A DNA stretch of 64,000 nucleotides from Thermoproteota archaeon (GCA_032249235.1 JAVVGF010000004.1:96001-160000); one strand, 5' to 3'. Counted from the first letter of the stretch, positions 51,206 through 62,476 are shown. The notes: generated by a model not told the origin, from the sequence alone. A program made the numbers and translations.

Positions 51206-52184
51206 TACCATTATAATAATTATAGCAGGCAACTTTATGGGTAGGAGTAATTTCTATGAATTTGGGCATGCTAATGGAACATTCTGGCTTGGCAAATTCA
51301 CATCTTTCAACGAAAGGACATCCATGAGGCGGATTTCTTAAATCTGGAAGCATACCTGGTATTTCTTTAATTCTAGGCATTTTTTTCGTTATTCTTGGAA
51401 TTGTTTCTAATAACTTAATGGTATAAGGATGCAAAGGATTCTTAAATATTTCTTCAACAAGACCTTCTTCAAGTATTTTTCCTGCATACATTATTACTAT
51501 TCTATCTGCTATTTCAGATGCGATGCCTAAGTTATGGGTGATAAATAACATAGAAAGACCGACTTCTCTTTTCAGCTCTTTGAGAAGTTTCAAAATCTGT
51601 GCCTGTATGGTAACATCTAGCATAGTTGTAGGTTCATCAGCTATTAACAATTTAGGTCTACTTGTCAATGCAATTGCTATACATGCTCTCTGCAACATCC
51701 CTCCTGAAAGTTCATGTGGATAAGATCTAAATACTCGTTGAGGATCAGGTAAACCTACTCTTTTTAAAATATTTTCACATATTTCATAGATTTCCTTTTC
51801 ATCTATTATATCTAGAGTATTTTTTATAACATCTTTCATATGTTCACCTATTGTAAATAATGGATTTAACGAAGCTGCAGGGTCTTGAAACACCATAGAG
51901 ATTGATTTTCTTATATATGTTTGCAATTCATCCTCTTTCAGATTTAATATATCTTTTCCTTCAAATATTATACTTCCGCTCATAATTTTTGCATTCACAG
52001 GTAATGCTCTAACTATTGCTAATCCTAAAGTTGATTTGCCTGAACCTGATTCTCCAACAATACAAACGACTTCTCCTTTTCTTAATTCAAGATCTACATT
52101 GCGTATTGCTTTTATAATTCCTTCAGAAGTATAATAATAAATACTTAAGTTTTTTATTTTTAATAAAATATCATGCTTGTTCAT
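51198..52184 (-). CDS. Dpp/Opp ABC ATPase (DppD-like)
   Basis: GESGSGKS, YPHELSGG and ADEPTT motifs. Confidence 0.93.
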   Translation of the reverse strand: MNKHDILLKIKNLSIYYYTSEGIIKAIRNVDLELRKGEVVCIVGESGSGKSTLGLAIVRALPVNAKIMSGSIIFEGKDILNLKEDELQTYIRKSISMVFQDPAASLNPLFTIGEHMKDVIKNTLDIIDEKEIYEICENILKRVGLPDPQRVFRSYPHELSGGMLQRACIAIALTSRPKLLIADEPTTMLDVTIQAQILKLLKELKREVGLSMLFITHNLGIASEIADRIVIMYAGKILEEGLVEEIFKNPLHPYTIKLLETIPRITKKMPRIKEIPGMLPDLRNPPHGCPFVERCEFAKPECSISMPKFIEITPTHKVACYNYYNGNA

Positions 52185-52185
52185 T

Positions 52186-53058
52186 TTATATACCTTTTAT
52201 TATTAATAGTCTTTTTAATTTTGGATCCATTATTTCTCTTATAGCATCTGATAATAGATTAAATCCTATTACTATAATAACTAAAGCTAATCCAGGAAAT
52301 ATTGAAATCCACCATGCTCTATTGATAGATTGCCAACCTTGGCTTATCAATAAACCCCATTCAGGTATAGGAGGAGGTACTCCAATTCCTAAGAAACTTA
52401 AAGCTGCAGCTTCCAAAACCGCAGAGCCCATATCCAAAGATGCTTGAACTGTAACAGGTGTAAGTGAATTCGGGAGTATATACTTAAACATTATTCTGGT
52501 ATTACTTAAACCTATTACTTTTGCGCCATCAATGAAAGGTAATGTTTTAATAGAATTAACTTGAATAAAAACCAATCTAGCATACCATGGCCACCATGCT
52601 ATAGCTAATGCGATGATAACATTAATCAGTCCTCTACCTAACGTGGCAGCCAGCGCTATAGCAAGAAGGAGAGGCGGGAAGGCGAAGAACATGTCAGTAA
52701 TTCTCATAAGCAGAGTAGCAATTCTTCCTCCTGCATAACCGGCAATAAGACCTATAAGTATTCCTATTAATAGTGCTACTCCTACTACTCCTGTTGCTAT
52801 AATAAGAGAGAATCTTGTACCTAACAATACTCTATTAAACATGTCTCTTCCATATTCATCTGTTCCAAATGGATGACTTAATGAAGGAGGTAGATACGCC
52901 TTGGTAACGTCATAGGTATTGCCCCATGCGTCGTTCGGTCTTGTTAAAATATACGGTGCGATAATTCCTAGAGTAATAAAACCTACAACTATTATTAACC
53001 CGATAAATGAAATAATATCTTTCTTAACAAGCTTTAATATCTCGGATATTTCTGACAT
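52186..53058 (-). CDS. Dpp/Opp ABC permease (DppC-like)
   Basis: HPFGTDEYGRD and LSFLGIG.P.P.PEWG motifs. Confidence 0.93.
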   Translation of the reverse strand: MSEISEILKLVKKDIISFIGLIIVVGFITLGIIAPYILTRPNDAWGNTYDVTKAYLPPSLSHPFGTDEYGRDMFNRVLLGTRFSLIIATGVVGVALLIGILIGLIAGYAGGRIATLLMRITDMFFAFPPLLLAIALAATLGRGLINVIIALAIAWWPWYARLVFIQVNSIKTLPFIDGAKVIGLSNTRIMFKYILPNSLTPVTVQASLDMGSAVLEAAALSFLGIGVPPPIPEWGLLISQGWQSINRAWWISIFPGLALVIIVIGFNLLSDAIREIMDPKLKRLLIIKGI

Positions 53059-54080
53059 TATAATTTAACTCTTGGATCTATAATAGCATGCAATATATCA
53101 ACAAGCATATTTATTGTGGTATAAAATATAGCGATTATGATTACAACAGCTATGACTGCTGGATAATCAAAACTCAAAAGAGACATTGCGAGATATAGTC
53201 CTATTCCTGGCCAAACAAAAATTAATTCTACTAGAAATGCACCAACTATGGTATAACCAAAAGATAGACCTAATGATGCTACAACAGGAGCTATGGCATT
53301 TTTTAAGGCATACTTATATACGATAAGCCTTTGCGATATGCCCCATACATTAGCGCTTCTAATATATTGTTCGTTTAAAACCTCTACCATTAAAGCTCTA
53401 GTCATCCTTGCACTAAGGCTCATGGGATATATAGAAAGAACTAAAGAAGGTAAAATAATATGCTGTAATACATCGAGAAATATAGCAATATTACCTTGGA
53501 TTAAAGAATCTAATAAATAAAAGCCTGTAATTGGCTGAAAGCCTGTCTGAATAACTAATATATCATTTACTCTTCCTCCAGCAGGTAAAACGCGCAACCA
53601 TGTTCCAAATATTAACTGAACTACAAGAGCTAACCAGAAAGTCGGTAAAGAAGCACCTATCACAGTAATAATTTTTATGATATTATCTGTAATCTTTCCT
53701 CTTTTCAATGCGGCAAATATTCCTAAAGGAATGCCTATAACTATTGCAATGGTGAACGCCACAATAATTAATTCAAGAGTAGCAGGGAGTGCATGAGCTA
53801 TATCATCTAAGACAGGCGTTTTAGTTCTCCATGATATGCCCCAATTACCATTAAATAAGTCTAAAAGATACAAGTATAATTGAACTAGAATATTTTCATT
53901 AAGGTGAAGTTCTTCTCTCGCTTTTTGTAATTGTTCTGGAGTTGGATGAGGTCCTGCCCATAGAAATTCAGGTCGAGCAGGTATAACTCTTGTGATTATG
54001 AATACTATAATTACTACACCAAAAATAACAACAATTTGCGAAAATATTCGTTTAACTAAATATTCTCTGGTAATAGGCAT
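53058..54080 (-). CDS. Dpp/Opp ABC permease (DppB-like)
   Basis: LPATLEL, YALKNA, WPGIG and DPRV motifs. Confidence 0.93.
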   Translation of the reverse strand: MPITREYLVKRIFSQIVVIFGVVIIVFIITRVIPARPEFLWAGPHPTPEQLQKAREELHLNENILVQLYLYLLDLFNGNWGISWRTKTPVLDDIAHALPATLELIIVAFTIAIVIGIPLGIFAALKRGKITDNIIKIITVIGASLPTFWLALVVQLIFGTWLRVLPAGGRVNDILVIQTGFQPITGFYLLDSLIQGNIAIFLDVLQHIILPSLVLSIYPMSLSARMTRALMVEVLNEQYIRSANVWGISQRLIVYKYALKNAIAPVVASLGLSFGYTIVGAFLVELIFVWPGIGLYLAMSLLSFDYPAVIAVVIIIAIFYTTINMLVDILHAIIDPRVKL

Positions 54081-54113
54081 AAATTAAAAAAAAATTTAAG
54101 TTGGTGAGCAATA

Positions 54114-55754
54114 CTAGCCTTCAACGCTTAATAATTGTGGGAATATAACTGTAGGGTATGCTGGGTTTATTGCGTTTTCTAAGTTACTTATTCTTGTAGT
54201 TGATACTCTTACATCTACAGAATCCCACAAAGGTATCACAGGTGCATCATTGTATATTATTTTTTGAGCTTCAAAATATAATTGCAGAGATTTATTCGGG
54301 TTTATTCCTTCCCAATAATGTGCCTTGTTTATGAGATCGTCGAATGTCGGATTGACATAATAAGCTAAATTGAATAATTGACTTTCACTTGAATACATGT
54401 TATAGAGAAAATCGTAGGGCGTTATATACGTTGGCCACCAGTACATTATGAAAAGATCTTGAGCCGCAGTTGGATTTTTCCAACCGCTTTGCGCAAGAGA
54501 CCACTGTTCATCCCAACTCATAGGTCTAACCTCAACATTGATACCAATTTTTGCCAACGCTGTTCTTATCAATTCAGCAGTCCTTTGTTCATATATGTCA
54601 CCTGCAGTATATGTTAGTAATAACGTTCTGTTTATCCCATTCGGTAAACCGGCTTGAGAAAGCAACTGTTTTGCTAAAGTTAGATTATAAGAATACGTGA
54701 AATTATCGAAATGACCCCACATTCCATGAGGTATTGGTCCGCTGGCAACAGTTGCCAATCCGCTTCTTGCTATTTTTACTATGTCTTCATATGGAATGGC
54801 ATGAGCTATTGCTTTTCTTACTAAAATATTATCTAATGGTGCTTTCTTTGTATTGATGAACATTAAAAGATTCTGAAAACTTGGCTTGACAACAACTCTC
54901 AAGTTGGGGCTATTCTTTAATTTATCAAGGTCTTCCAAGGGGACATATTGAGCAATATCGATAGAACCTGATTCAACTAATCTTTCTTGAGTTACACTAT
55001 CTTTTACTATCTTAACAATAAATATATCTGGGGCTTTATCCGATTTTAATGGATAATTAGGATCATTCCATCCCCACCACTCATTGAACTTTTCAAGGAT
55101 AACCTCATTTTCTGGATCCCATTTGACTAACTTATAAGGCCCTGAACCAGCATCATGTCCTGAATTGAACCAATCAGCTATTTTTGAATCGGTGGAATTT
55201 TTAGCGTTTGCATATTTAATGACTTCAGGGCTAAATATCCATGCACCATATGATGATGCAACTATTTTATCAAGAGGTGCTGGATATTTCAAATAGAAGA
55301 CAACGGTATAATTATCAGGTGTTTCTATTCTATCTACAGGCGACCATATGAATGCAGCACCTTGACCTAATGCCATAGTTCTTTCAATTGAAAATTTCAC
55401 AGCAAATGCATTTACGGGAGCACCATCATGGAATTTTGCATTTGTTCTTAAATGAAATGTCCAAACAGTACCGTTATTACTGCTTTCATAACTTTGAGCT
55501 AAAGTAGGTATGAATTTATCTTTTAAAGGATCATAAGTTAGCAATGGTTCATAAACAACAGCCATCCAAAGTATAGAATTTGAAAAATCTGTGCTTGGAT
55601 CTGCGGTGGTCATTTCAGATAATGAAGCATAAGTGACGGATATTTTCTTTGTGGCAGGAGGTGTTGGTTTCATAAAACTGTAGTAAATTCCAATTATCCC
55701 AGCTACTACTATAACAGCTATAATTATTCCTATAAATAAGGTGGTTCGTTTCAT
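54114..55754 (-). CDS. Dpp/Opp substrate-binding protein
   Basis: N-terminal TM anchor. WTFHLR..AKFHDG, GSGPY and VRKAIAHA motifs. Confidence 0.92.
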   Translation of the reverse strand: MKRTTLFIGIIIAVIVVAGIIGIYYSFMKPTPPATKKISVTYASLSEMTTADPSTDFSNSILWMAVVYEPLLTYDPLKDKFIPTLAQSYESSNNGTVWTFHLRTNAKFHDGAPVNAFAVKFSIERTMALGQGAAFIWSPVDRIETPDNYTVVFYLKYPAPLDKIVASSYGAWIFSPEVIKYANAKNSTDSKIADWFNSGHDAGSGPYKLVKWDPENEVILEKFNEWWGWNDPNYPLKSDKAPDIFIVKIVKDSVTQERLVESGSIDIAQYVPLEDLDKLKNSPNLRVVVKPSFQNLLMFINTKKAPLDNILVRKAIAHAIPYEDIVKIARSGLATVASGPIPHGMWGHFDNFTYSYNLTLAKQLLSQAGLPNGINRTLLLTYTAGDIYEQRTAELIRTALAKIGINVEVRPMSWDEQWSLAQSGWKNPTAAQDLFIMYWWPTYITPYDFLYNMYSSESQLFNLAYYVNPTFDDLINKAHYWEGINPNKSLQLYFEAQKIIYNDAPVIPLWDSVDVRVSTTRISNLENAINPAYPTVIFPQLLSVEG

Positions 55755-55863
55755 CTCTAATATTCTTTATCCTCTTAACAATTTAAACTTGATTTTATGC
55801 TAAAAATGTCTAGTCATCTAAGATTATAAAAAGTTTAAATAATCGATTTAATATTATTCATTA

Positions 55864-56394
55864 ATGAGCCACACAATTGAAATTTTTTCAGGAAATTGCT
55901 ATTTTTGTAAAAGGACAATTAATATTATTGAAGCAGGCAAATGTTATGGTTGCAAGCTTATTGTTTATGATTTAAGTAATGTAAATGAAGAGATAATAAA
56001 GAAAATTAGAGAATATAAAATAAATTCTGTTCCAACAATAATCATAGATGGAAAAATAAAGATTATAGGGTTACCGAATTTTGCATGGACATGCGATGAC
56101 AAATTTTATAATTATTTAGAAATAGCAAAGAAGATTAAAGAATTTATAAGCAAAAAATATGATGAAAATGCAAAAGTTATAGTTTTCGGAAGCGTTCCTA
56201 AAGGAACATATACGCCTTTAAGCGATTTAGATATACTTATAGTTAGTGATAAAATAAAAGAATATGCCAAAACTGTTGTTGAGATTAAGGAATATTTAAA
56301 CGATTTCTTCGCTCCGATAGAATTTCATTTCGCTACAGATGAGGTCTTCAATAGATGGTATAAAAAATTTTTGGATTATTATGTTGAAGTCTAA
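55864..56394 (+). CDS. thioredoxin/glutaredoxin-like domain fused to minimal nucleotidyltransferase
   Basis: N-terminal CYFC and SVPTIIIDG. C-terminal VFGS...SDLDIL...IEFH. Confidence 0.8.
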   Translation: MSHTIEIFSGNCYFCKRTINIIEAGKCYGCKLIVYDLSNVNEEIIKKIREYKINSVPTIIIDGKIKIIGLPNFAWTCDDKFYNYLEIAKKIKEFISKKYDENAKVIVFGSVPKGTYTPLSDLDILIVSDKIKEYAKTVVEIKEYLNDFFAPIEFHFATDEVFNRWYKKFLDYYVEV

Positions 56395-56584
56395 ATTATA
56401 AAATATAAGGTAAATTATTTGAATTATAACATTATATTTTTACTTGAGTATAACTATTATCTTATCTAAAACTTTTACTCTTAAGATACCGAAAATTAAA
56501 TTTCAGCACAACATTCAGAGCAAGTAAAACAACGATACCTAAAAATACAAACTAAAGATAAAGTTGAATTATGTAAAAAATCAA

Positions 56585-58084
56585 TTACGCTTTATATTTT
56601 CTAATTATTCTTACAATGGCTATCACTGTGACTATAGCTATGATAATGATTAACAAAATTATTAAAAATGAAAAATCAAATTGGAGCGTTTGGGTAGTAT
56701 AAGTTTTAGTTGATGAAGTTTCTATTGTCAATGTAGGAATAGTAATATTAGGAATAGGAGGCGTTGTGATATTTATCATTAAGGATTTCACGAATGGATA
56801 ATTATCTTTATTTTTACTATAAATGACGTATGGAACGTCTACGATATCGTCACTTCCTGGAATATCTTGATTTGGTCCTTTCTTTTCGTCTTTACCTGAA
56901 TAATTACTCCAATAATTTCCACCAACAGGGTAGCCATTATCCCAATTATTTGTTGAAGGAAAAATATTTGAAATAAACTTATAATCATCGGCAACTTGCA
57001 GAGTGTTATTTATAAAATTATTATTGTAGATAATGTTTTGTGAAGAATTTTGAACGCGAATTCCAGCTTCATTATTCTTTATAATATTATTATTGACGGT
57101 ATTAGTGGTAGATCGTATTAAATATATTCCATTCTTGTTATTTTGTATTATATTATAGTTGATGCTAATGTATGAAGATTGCATTAATTCGATACCATGG
57201 TTGGTATTTTCTATATCATTACCGCTTAAAGTATTATGAGATGAAATGAAAATAGTAACGCCATAATTACTTTCCTTTATCATGTTATATTTGATAGTAC
57301 TATTCGAGGATTGAAAAACAGTTATGCCGGCACTGGGACTCAATATTCCCGTGAATCCGTTTTCTATTTTGTTATGGCTAACAGTTATATTATTAGATGT
57401 TCCAACTGATATGGAATCATATTGAATTAACATAAAATTATTGTCTATGATTATACTATTTGCTGATTCAAGTAGTTGAATCCCTATGTTGCTTTTTTCT
57501 ATATTATTCTTAAAAATAATAATACTCGAAACTTTACTTGCATATATACCAAGTTCTTTGTTGTTTGTCAAGATATTTTCTGTTATGATACAATTTGAAT
57601 TTTTTATGACTTCAATACCGTGTCCGTTGTTCTCTTCTATTTTATTTTTAGTTATAATGCAATTGTCTCCCCTCGCAGATATACCGCTGAAGAAACCTCT
57701 AATGTTAATATTCTTTATTGCAACATTTTTACCATTTACAAGTATTCCTGAAAAATTACCTGAACCTATAATAGTATATCCTGCGCCATCTAATACTATA
57801 TTAGACCTTAGAATGTTTATTGCAAAGGAATCTGTAAAAATATGATCAGTTAATTTATATGTTACTTTATCACTAGTTTCAATTGGGGCATCCTTTGGGT
57901 TTATACTTCCATCTGCTTCGATGGTAATGCTTCCTTGATAACCTTTAACAGGCTTGAAACTAATGGATAAGTTTAACAAGCTTAAAATTATTATAAAAAT
58001 AAGTGTAATTCCAAAAATTGTTTTCCTGTGGCTATTAACTATTTTATTATTACTTCTTTTAATGTGCTCTATACCATATTCCAT
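56585..58084 (-). CDS. surface-anchored parallel beta-helix (NosD/CASH-like) protein
   Basis: Repeated N.I..N...GI units, GNYWS motif, Thr-rich linker, N- and C-terminal TM helices. Confidence 0.88.
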   Translation of the reverse strand: MEYGIEHIKRSNNKIVNSHRKTIFGITLIFIIILSLLNLSISFKPVKGYQGSITIEADGSINPKDAPIETSDKVTYKLTDHIFTDSFAINILRSNIVLDGAGYTIIGSGNFSGILVNGKNVAIKNINIRGFFSGISARGDNCIITKNKIEENNGHGIEVIKNSNCIITENILTNNKELGIYASKVSSIIIFKNNIEKSNIGIQLLESANSIIIDNNFMLIQYDSISVGTSNNITVSHNKIENGFTGILSPSAGITVFQSSNSTIKYNMIKESNYGVTIFISSHNTLSGNDIENTNHGIELMQSSYISINYNIIQNNKNGIYLIRSTTNTVNNNIIKNNEAGIRVQNSSQNIIYNNNFINNTLQVADDYKFISNIFPSTNNWDNGYPVGGNYWSNYSGKDEKKGPNQDIPGSDDIVDVPYVIYSKNKDNYPFVKSLMINITTPPIPNITIPTLTIETSSTKTYTTQTLQFDFSFLIILLIIIIAIVTVIAIVRIIRKYKA

Positions 58085-58463
58085 AAACCATGTAAAAATA
58101 AGGATTATAAAAATTTTATGATTGAATAAGTTTACATTAAAACTACGATCTACATCTTTAATAGTTTGGGCTTATGAACTTATAGCGTCAGCAGGCTTAT
58201 ACAACTTGCTACGTTTTATTGAACAAAAAATAAAGAGAGACTTTTCGCGAATATGATATATGTCTTCTATTCAATTAATTTTTTAGTCATGGTAAAAAAT
58301 ATATTGGTAATAATGTTTAATTTATTTTTTTAATATACTATTAATTAAGCTTTGTAAATGTAGATATGATAAAAATAAGATATGCAATTATTAAAGTAAA
58401 AATAATGATAATCATTTTTAAATTAGTAAACTAATTTTTTAGAGCTGAATTTTTATCTAAGAA

Positions 58464-59132
58464 TTATTTTACCACACTTAATTCTTCTTTTTTTATTATC
58501 TTTGGCGGAGGTTCGCAACCTTCAAGCCAAATCATTGCTAGTGTTTGAAAATCTGGAGGTATAACTTCGCGATCTATTTTTATATCAAGAACAGCAGGAA
58601 AACCTGATAGTTTTGCCCTCTCTAGTGCTCCTCTAATTTCTTTTGGATCTTCAATACTTTCGCCGTAGCATCCCATAGCTTTAGCAATCAAATCATATCT
58701 GATCTCGCCGAAATCTACACCGATATACCTTTTTTCATAATATAATGTTTGACCTGCTTTTATCATGCCCCATGCAGAATCATTTAATACTACAAAGGTG
58801 ATTTGCAATCCTAATCTTTTGGCTGTTTCTAATTCTGCAATTCCCATACTGAAAGCACCATCGCCTGTTATGCAATAAACTCCTCCTATTAAATTAGCTG
58901 CACCAGGACCTACAGTTGCTACGACTACACCTAATTCACCAGTAATTCTAGCCCATGCATCCGCAGCATGTGCAGCGTTTGCTTCGTGATGAAATGTTAC
59001 GAATTTTATATTGCTATCGTATAGGGCATTCAAAAAAGGATAAAGCTGATCACCAGGAACGCCAAATACATATCGAACTCCTTCTTTTTCTAGTACTCTT
59101 TTAAGGACTTCGCCTCCTGTTATCCTAGCCAT
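58464..59132 (-). pseudogene. acetolactate-synthase-like ThDP enzyme with large in-frame internal deletion
   Basis: N-terminal FGVPG/HEANA/GPGAAN joined directly to C-terminal GDGAF...NDSAWG. 222 aa versus about 550-600 typical. Confidence 0.7.
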
Positions 59133-59710
59133 AGAACATCTTCATATAGATAAAGCAATTTAAATATATAAATCATAGCTTACATATAAATAGCTTTAAG
59201 AAACTATCATTTTTTAAATGAATATTACGTGAAATAATAGTCAATTTTAATTTTCTAACGATGGAAGTTAGCTAACTATACAAGAATTACGCCGATTTCT
59301 GTATTCTCGTGCCAAAGCTGATGTTTTCTTTTTTAGTCCATTTGATTCTCAACTTTGATTCGAGGATATTTTCTCATTTGCTGATAGTCGAAGCATCAGA
59401 GCATCTATTCTCATTCTAAGGAATTGGAGCTTCAATTAAATAAGGATGGCAAACCTAAATTTGATCCTTCGTTAAAATTGAAAAATGAAAAGCTGATTGT
59501 TTCTTTTAAGTCCTATCAGCCCATGATTGAGCTCATGAGGTTGCTATATATCTAAACATTCGCTTGAATTATTCTCACAAAAATGTCAGACTTTTTATTT
59601 GTAAGAAGAATGACATCTTCTTCAAATCCTAAAGTACTTTTTGTTTAATTCATATCTCACCAATGTTAAGAAGCAAAAAATTATTTAATTCAACGTAAGT
59701 AGAATAGGGT

Positions 59711-60757
59711 ATGTTTGAGGATATTACAATACAGATAGTTATTTTGGCTTTAATACTCGTATTACCCTTCATATCTAAAAAAGTAGAACATAATATCGAG
59801 TTCTTTTTCCTAGCATTAGGTATTTTTGCTGTATTATTTACAGGCTTGTTATCATTCAAATTAATCGAAGAAGCATTGCTTCATCCTGTAATGATAGGAG
59901 GCTTACCGATAGGAATTACGCAAGCTGTTTTGCTTGCAGGTCTCTTTTTCTATATGATTAGAGAAAGAATTGATAAAATTGCAAATAAGCTTGTAAAATC
60001 ATATATCTTACCTCTCACAATTTTCGGCATCTCATTTTTATCTAGTGTTATATCTGCAATTGTCGCTAGCGCCATATTTGCTGAACTCTTAGGTTATGCG
60101 AAAATTAATAGAGAAGCTAAAGTAAAAATAACAATCGTCTCAGCTTTCGCAATAGGTATTGGCGCAGTGCTTTTTCCTTTAGGAGAACCATTATCTACTA
60201 TAGTTATAGCGAAGTTGAGTAGAGAACCTTATCATGCTGGCTTCACTTTTTTGTTCGATAATATGTGGCATATAGTTATACCATTGCTTTTATTTTTTTC
60301 AGTTTTATCGCTTTTTTACATAAAAGATAATAATACTGAAATTATATTGATTTCAAAAAACGAATATGGCATAAAAGATATTTTTATACGAACTCTAAAA
60401 GTCTATATTTTTGTATTTGCTTTAACTTTATTGGGTGAATTCTTTAAGCCTTTAGCTGAACCTGTAGCGAAAATGGGAATAGAATTTCTCTATTTCTTCG
60501 GTCTCATATCTGCTGCAGCAGATAATGCAACATTAGCCGCTGCACTCGTAAGTGGAGAAATGCATCTTTATGAAATAAAGGCATTTGTAGCTTCTTTAAC
60601 AATTGCAGGAGGCTTTTTAATACCTGGGAATATACCTAACATAATATTTGCGAGTATTCTTAAAATAGGATTTAAGGAATGGGCTAAAATAGCTTTACCA
60701 ATAGGAATGCCAGTATTTTTAGTTAGCGGTTTGCTCTTATTGATATTTAATCTATAA
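59711..60757 (+). CDS. DUF1646 family putative cation transporter
   Basis: VEHNIE.F, PLGEPLSTI, DNATLAAA and GGFLIPGNIPNII motifs. Confidence 0.85.
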   Translation: MFEDITIQIVILALILVLPFISKKVEHNIEFFFLALGIFAVLFTGLLSFKLIEEALLHPVMIGGLPIGITQAVLLAGLFFYMIRERIDKIANKLVKSYILPLTIFGISFLSSVISAIVASAIFAELLGYAKINREAKVKITIVSAFAIGIGAVLFPLGEPLSTIVIAKLSREPYHAGFTFLFDNMWHIVIPLLLFFSVLSLFYIKDNNTEIILISKNEYGIKDIFIRTLKVYIFVFALTLLGEFFKPLAEPVAKMGIEFLYFFGLISAAADNATLAAALVSGEMHLYEIKAFVASLTIAGGFLIPGNIPNIIFASILKIGFKEWAKIALPIGMPVFLVSGLLLLIFNL

Positions 60758-61345
60758 TTTTTAAACTTATAATTCATTTCGTTTAAATAACTCCTATTAA
60801 TACTTAGTAGTTTTAGTTGATCTCTCAAATATTTTTATAATCTAAGTATATTTTAGTATTTATGAGAAATATAGCAAATATATTTGCATGGATTGGTCTT
60901 ATATTTTTAGTTCTATCTATTATATTACTACTAGTTATTATTTCATTAATAAGCACTTCTATAGTAAACATGGATCTCTTTCTTATTATAATTTTTTAGA
61001 GTTGTTGCATTATTAATTATTGGATCTACGTGGATTATCTCTATTGCTTTTTATATTATTGCATAGGTGATTAGTTCAGGAAAAAGTTCAAGAAAGCTTT
61101 CAACACCATTCTTCATTGGTGGAGGTCTTCATTTATTAATTTCAGCTTTTGCTTCTATTTTAATAATCCCTAATCCTCAAATGATAGATTTTAATGCATC
61201 GTGGACTTTAGTTTTTCATTTATTTTTCATAATATTTCCTTAGTTAAGTTAATGCAAATAGTGATGGGGATTAAAAGAATAGCATGATTATTTTGTAAGA
61301 TATTAAATAAGCAAGCTTAAGTAAGAGGACATTTTATAAGAATTT

Positions 61346-62476
61346 GTGTCTAAGGTTCAAATAGAAAGCATTATTGACTTAAAGGAGCCTCATCATCTCT
61401 TCGATAAAAAGCCTACTCTGCTATTTTGGGAAACAACAATGGCTTGTCCTTTAAGATGTGTTCATTGTAGAGCAAATGCTATTTATCATAGATCTCCAAA
61501 TGAATTAAACACGAATGAAGCTAAGAAAATGTTAGAGATTGTTTCTACTTTCGATCCAAAACCGCCTATAATTGTTTTCACAGGCGGGGATCCTTTAATG
61601 AGAGAGGATATATTTGAGCTTATTGACTATGCTAAAAGTCTAGGAATGCTATGCGCTCTATCGCCTGCAGTGAGTGAAAATCTCAACGAGGATGTTATTA
61701 AAAGAATTAAAGAAATAGGCATATCAAGTGTGTCAATAAGCTTAGATGGAGCTTCTCCTAAAACGCATGATTTCATAAGACAAAAAGAAGGAGTTTTTTA
61801 TAGAACAATAAATACCATTAAAGAACTTGTTAAGAATGGAATCAAGATTCAGGTGAACAGCGTTGTTATGTCCTTAAATTTTGAAGAATTTCCTAAAATT
61901 TTTCACATAGTTAAAAGTTTAAACGTCGATGTTTGGGAAGTCTTTTTCATAATAGTTACAGGTAGAGCTAATAAATTTCTCGATTTAGATTCTAGGAAAT
62001 TTGAAGCTATAGCACAATTAATTTTCGATTGCTCAAAATATGGATTAACAGTAAGGACGGTGGAAGCACCATTTATAAGAAGAATCTATTATGAAAGGAT
62101 TGCTGGAATTGAATTCAACGATGATCTTTATAATAGATTAAAAGATGAACTGATTAAATTAGAAGGCATGCCTTCTAATAAAACGACAATTTATTCAAAA
62201 GGAACATTAGATGGTGATGGAATATTGTTCATAGCTCATGATGGTTCAATTTATCCAGGAGGATTCTTGCCTATTAGACTTGGAAATGTAAAGAAAGATA
62301 ATCTCATTAAAGTTTATCGTGAAAATGAGCTTTTGAATAAGATTAGAAGAAGAGAATTTAAAGGGAAATGCGGGAGTTGTATATTCAAGTATGTATGCGG
62401 CGGTTCAAGAGCAAGAGCTTATGCAAATACCAACGATCCTTTAGAATCTGATCCTGCATGTATATATATTTCATAA
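61346..62476 (+). CDS. radical SAM/SPASM protein (NirJ/AhbC/AhbD-like)
   Basis: WETT.ACPLRCVHCRA, FTGGDPL, SLDG and C-terminal CxxCx4CGGSRARA...DP.C motifs. Confidence 0.88.
   Translation: MSKVQIESIIDLKEPHHLFDKKPTLLFWETTMACPLRCVHCRANAIYHRSPNELNTNEAKKMLEIVSTFDPKPPIIVFTGGDPLMREDIFELIDYAKSLGMLCALSPAVSENLNEDVIKRIKEIGISSVSISLDGASPKTHDFIRQKEGVFYRTINTIKELVKNGIKIQVNSVVMSLNFEEFPKIFHIVKSLNVDVWEVFFIIVTGRANKFLDLDSRKFEAIAQLIFDCSKYGLTVRTVEAPFIRRIYYERIAGIEFNDDLYNRLKDELIKLEGMPSNKTTIYSKGTLDGDGILFIAHDGSIYPGGFLPIRLGNVKKDNLIKVYRENELLNKIRRREFKGKCGSCIFKYVCGGSRARAYANTNDPLESDPACIYIS

Noticed and set aside
59250-59652. Decayed gene on the minus strand
   Set aside because: Fragments look coding-like but have many stops, and no family could be assigned with support.
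60862-61290. Membrane-protein pseudogene (MRNIANIFAWIGLIFL...)
   Set aside because: Hydrophobic fragments with stops and frameshifts cannot be distinguished from T-rich noncoding DNA without a search.
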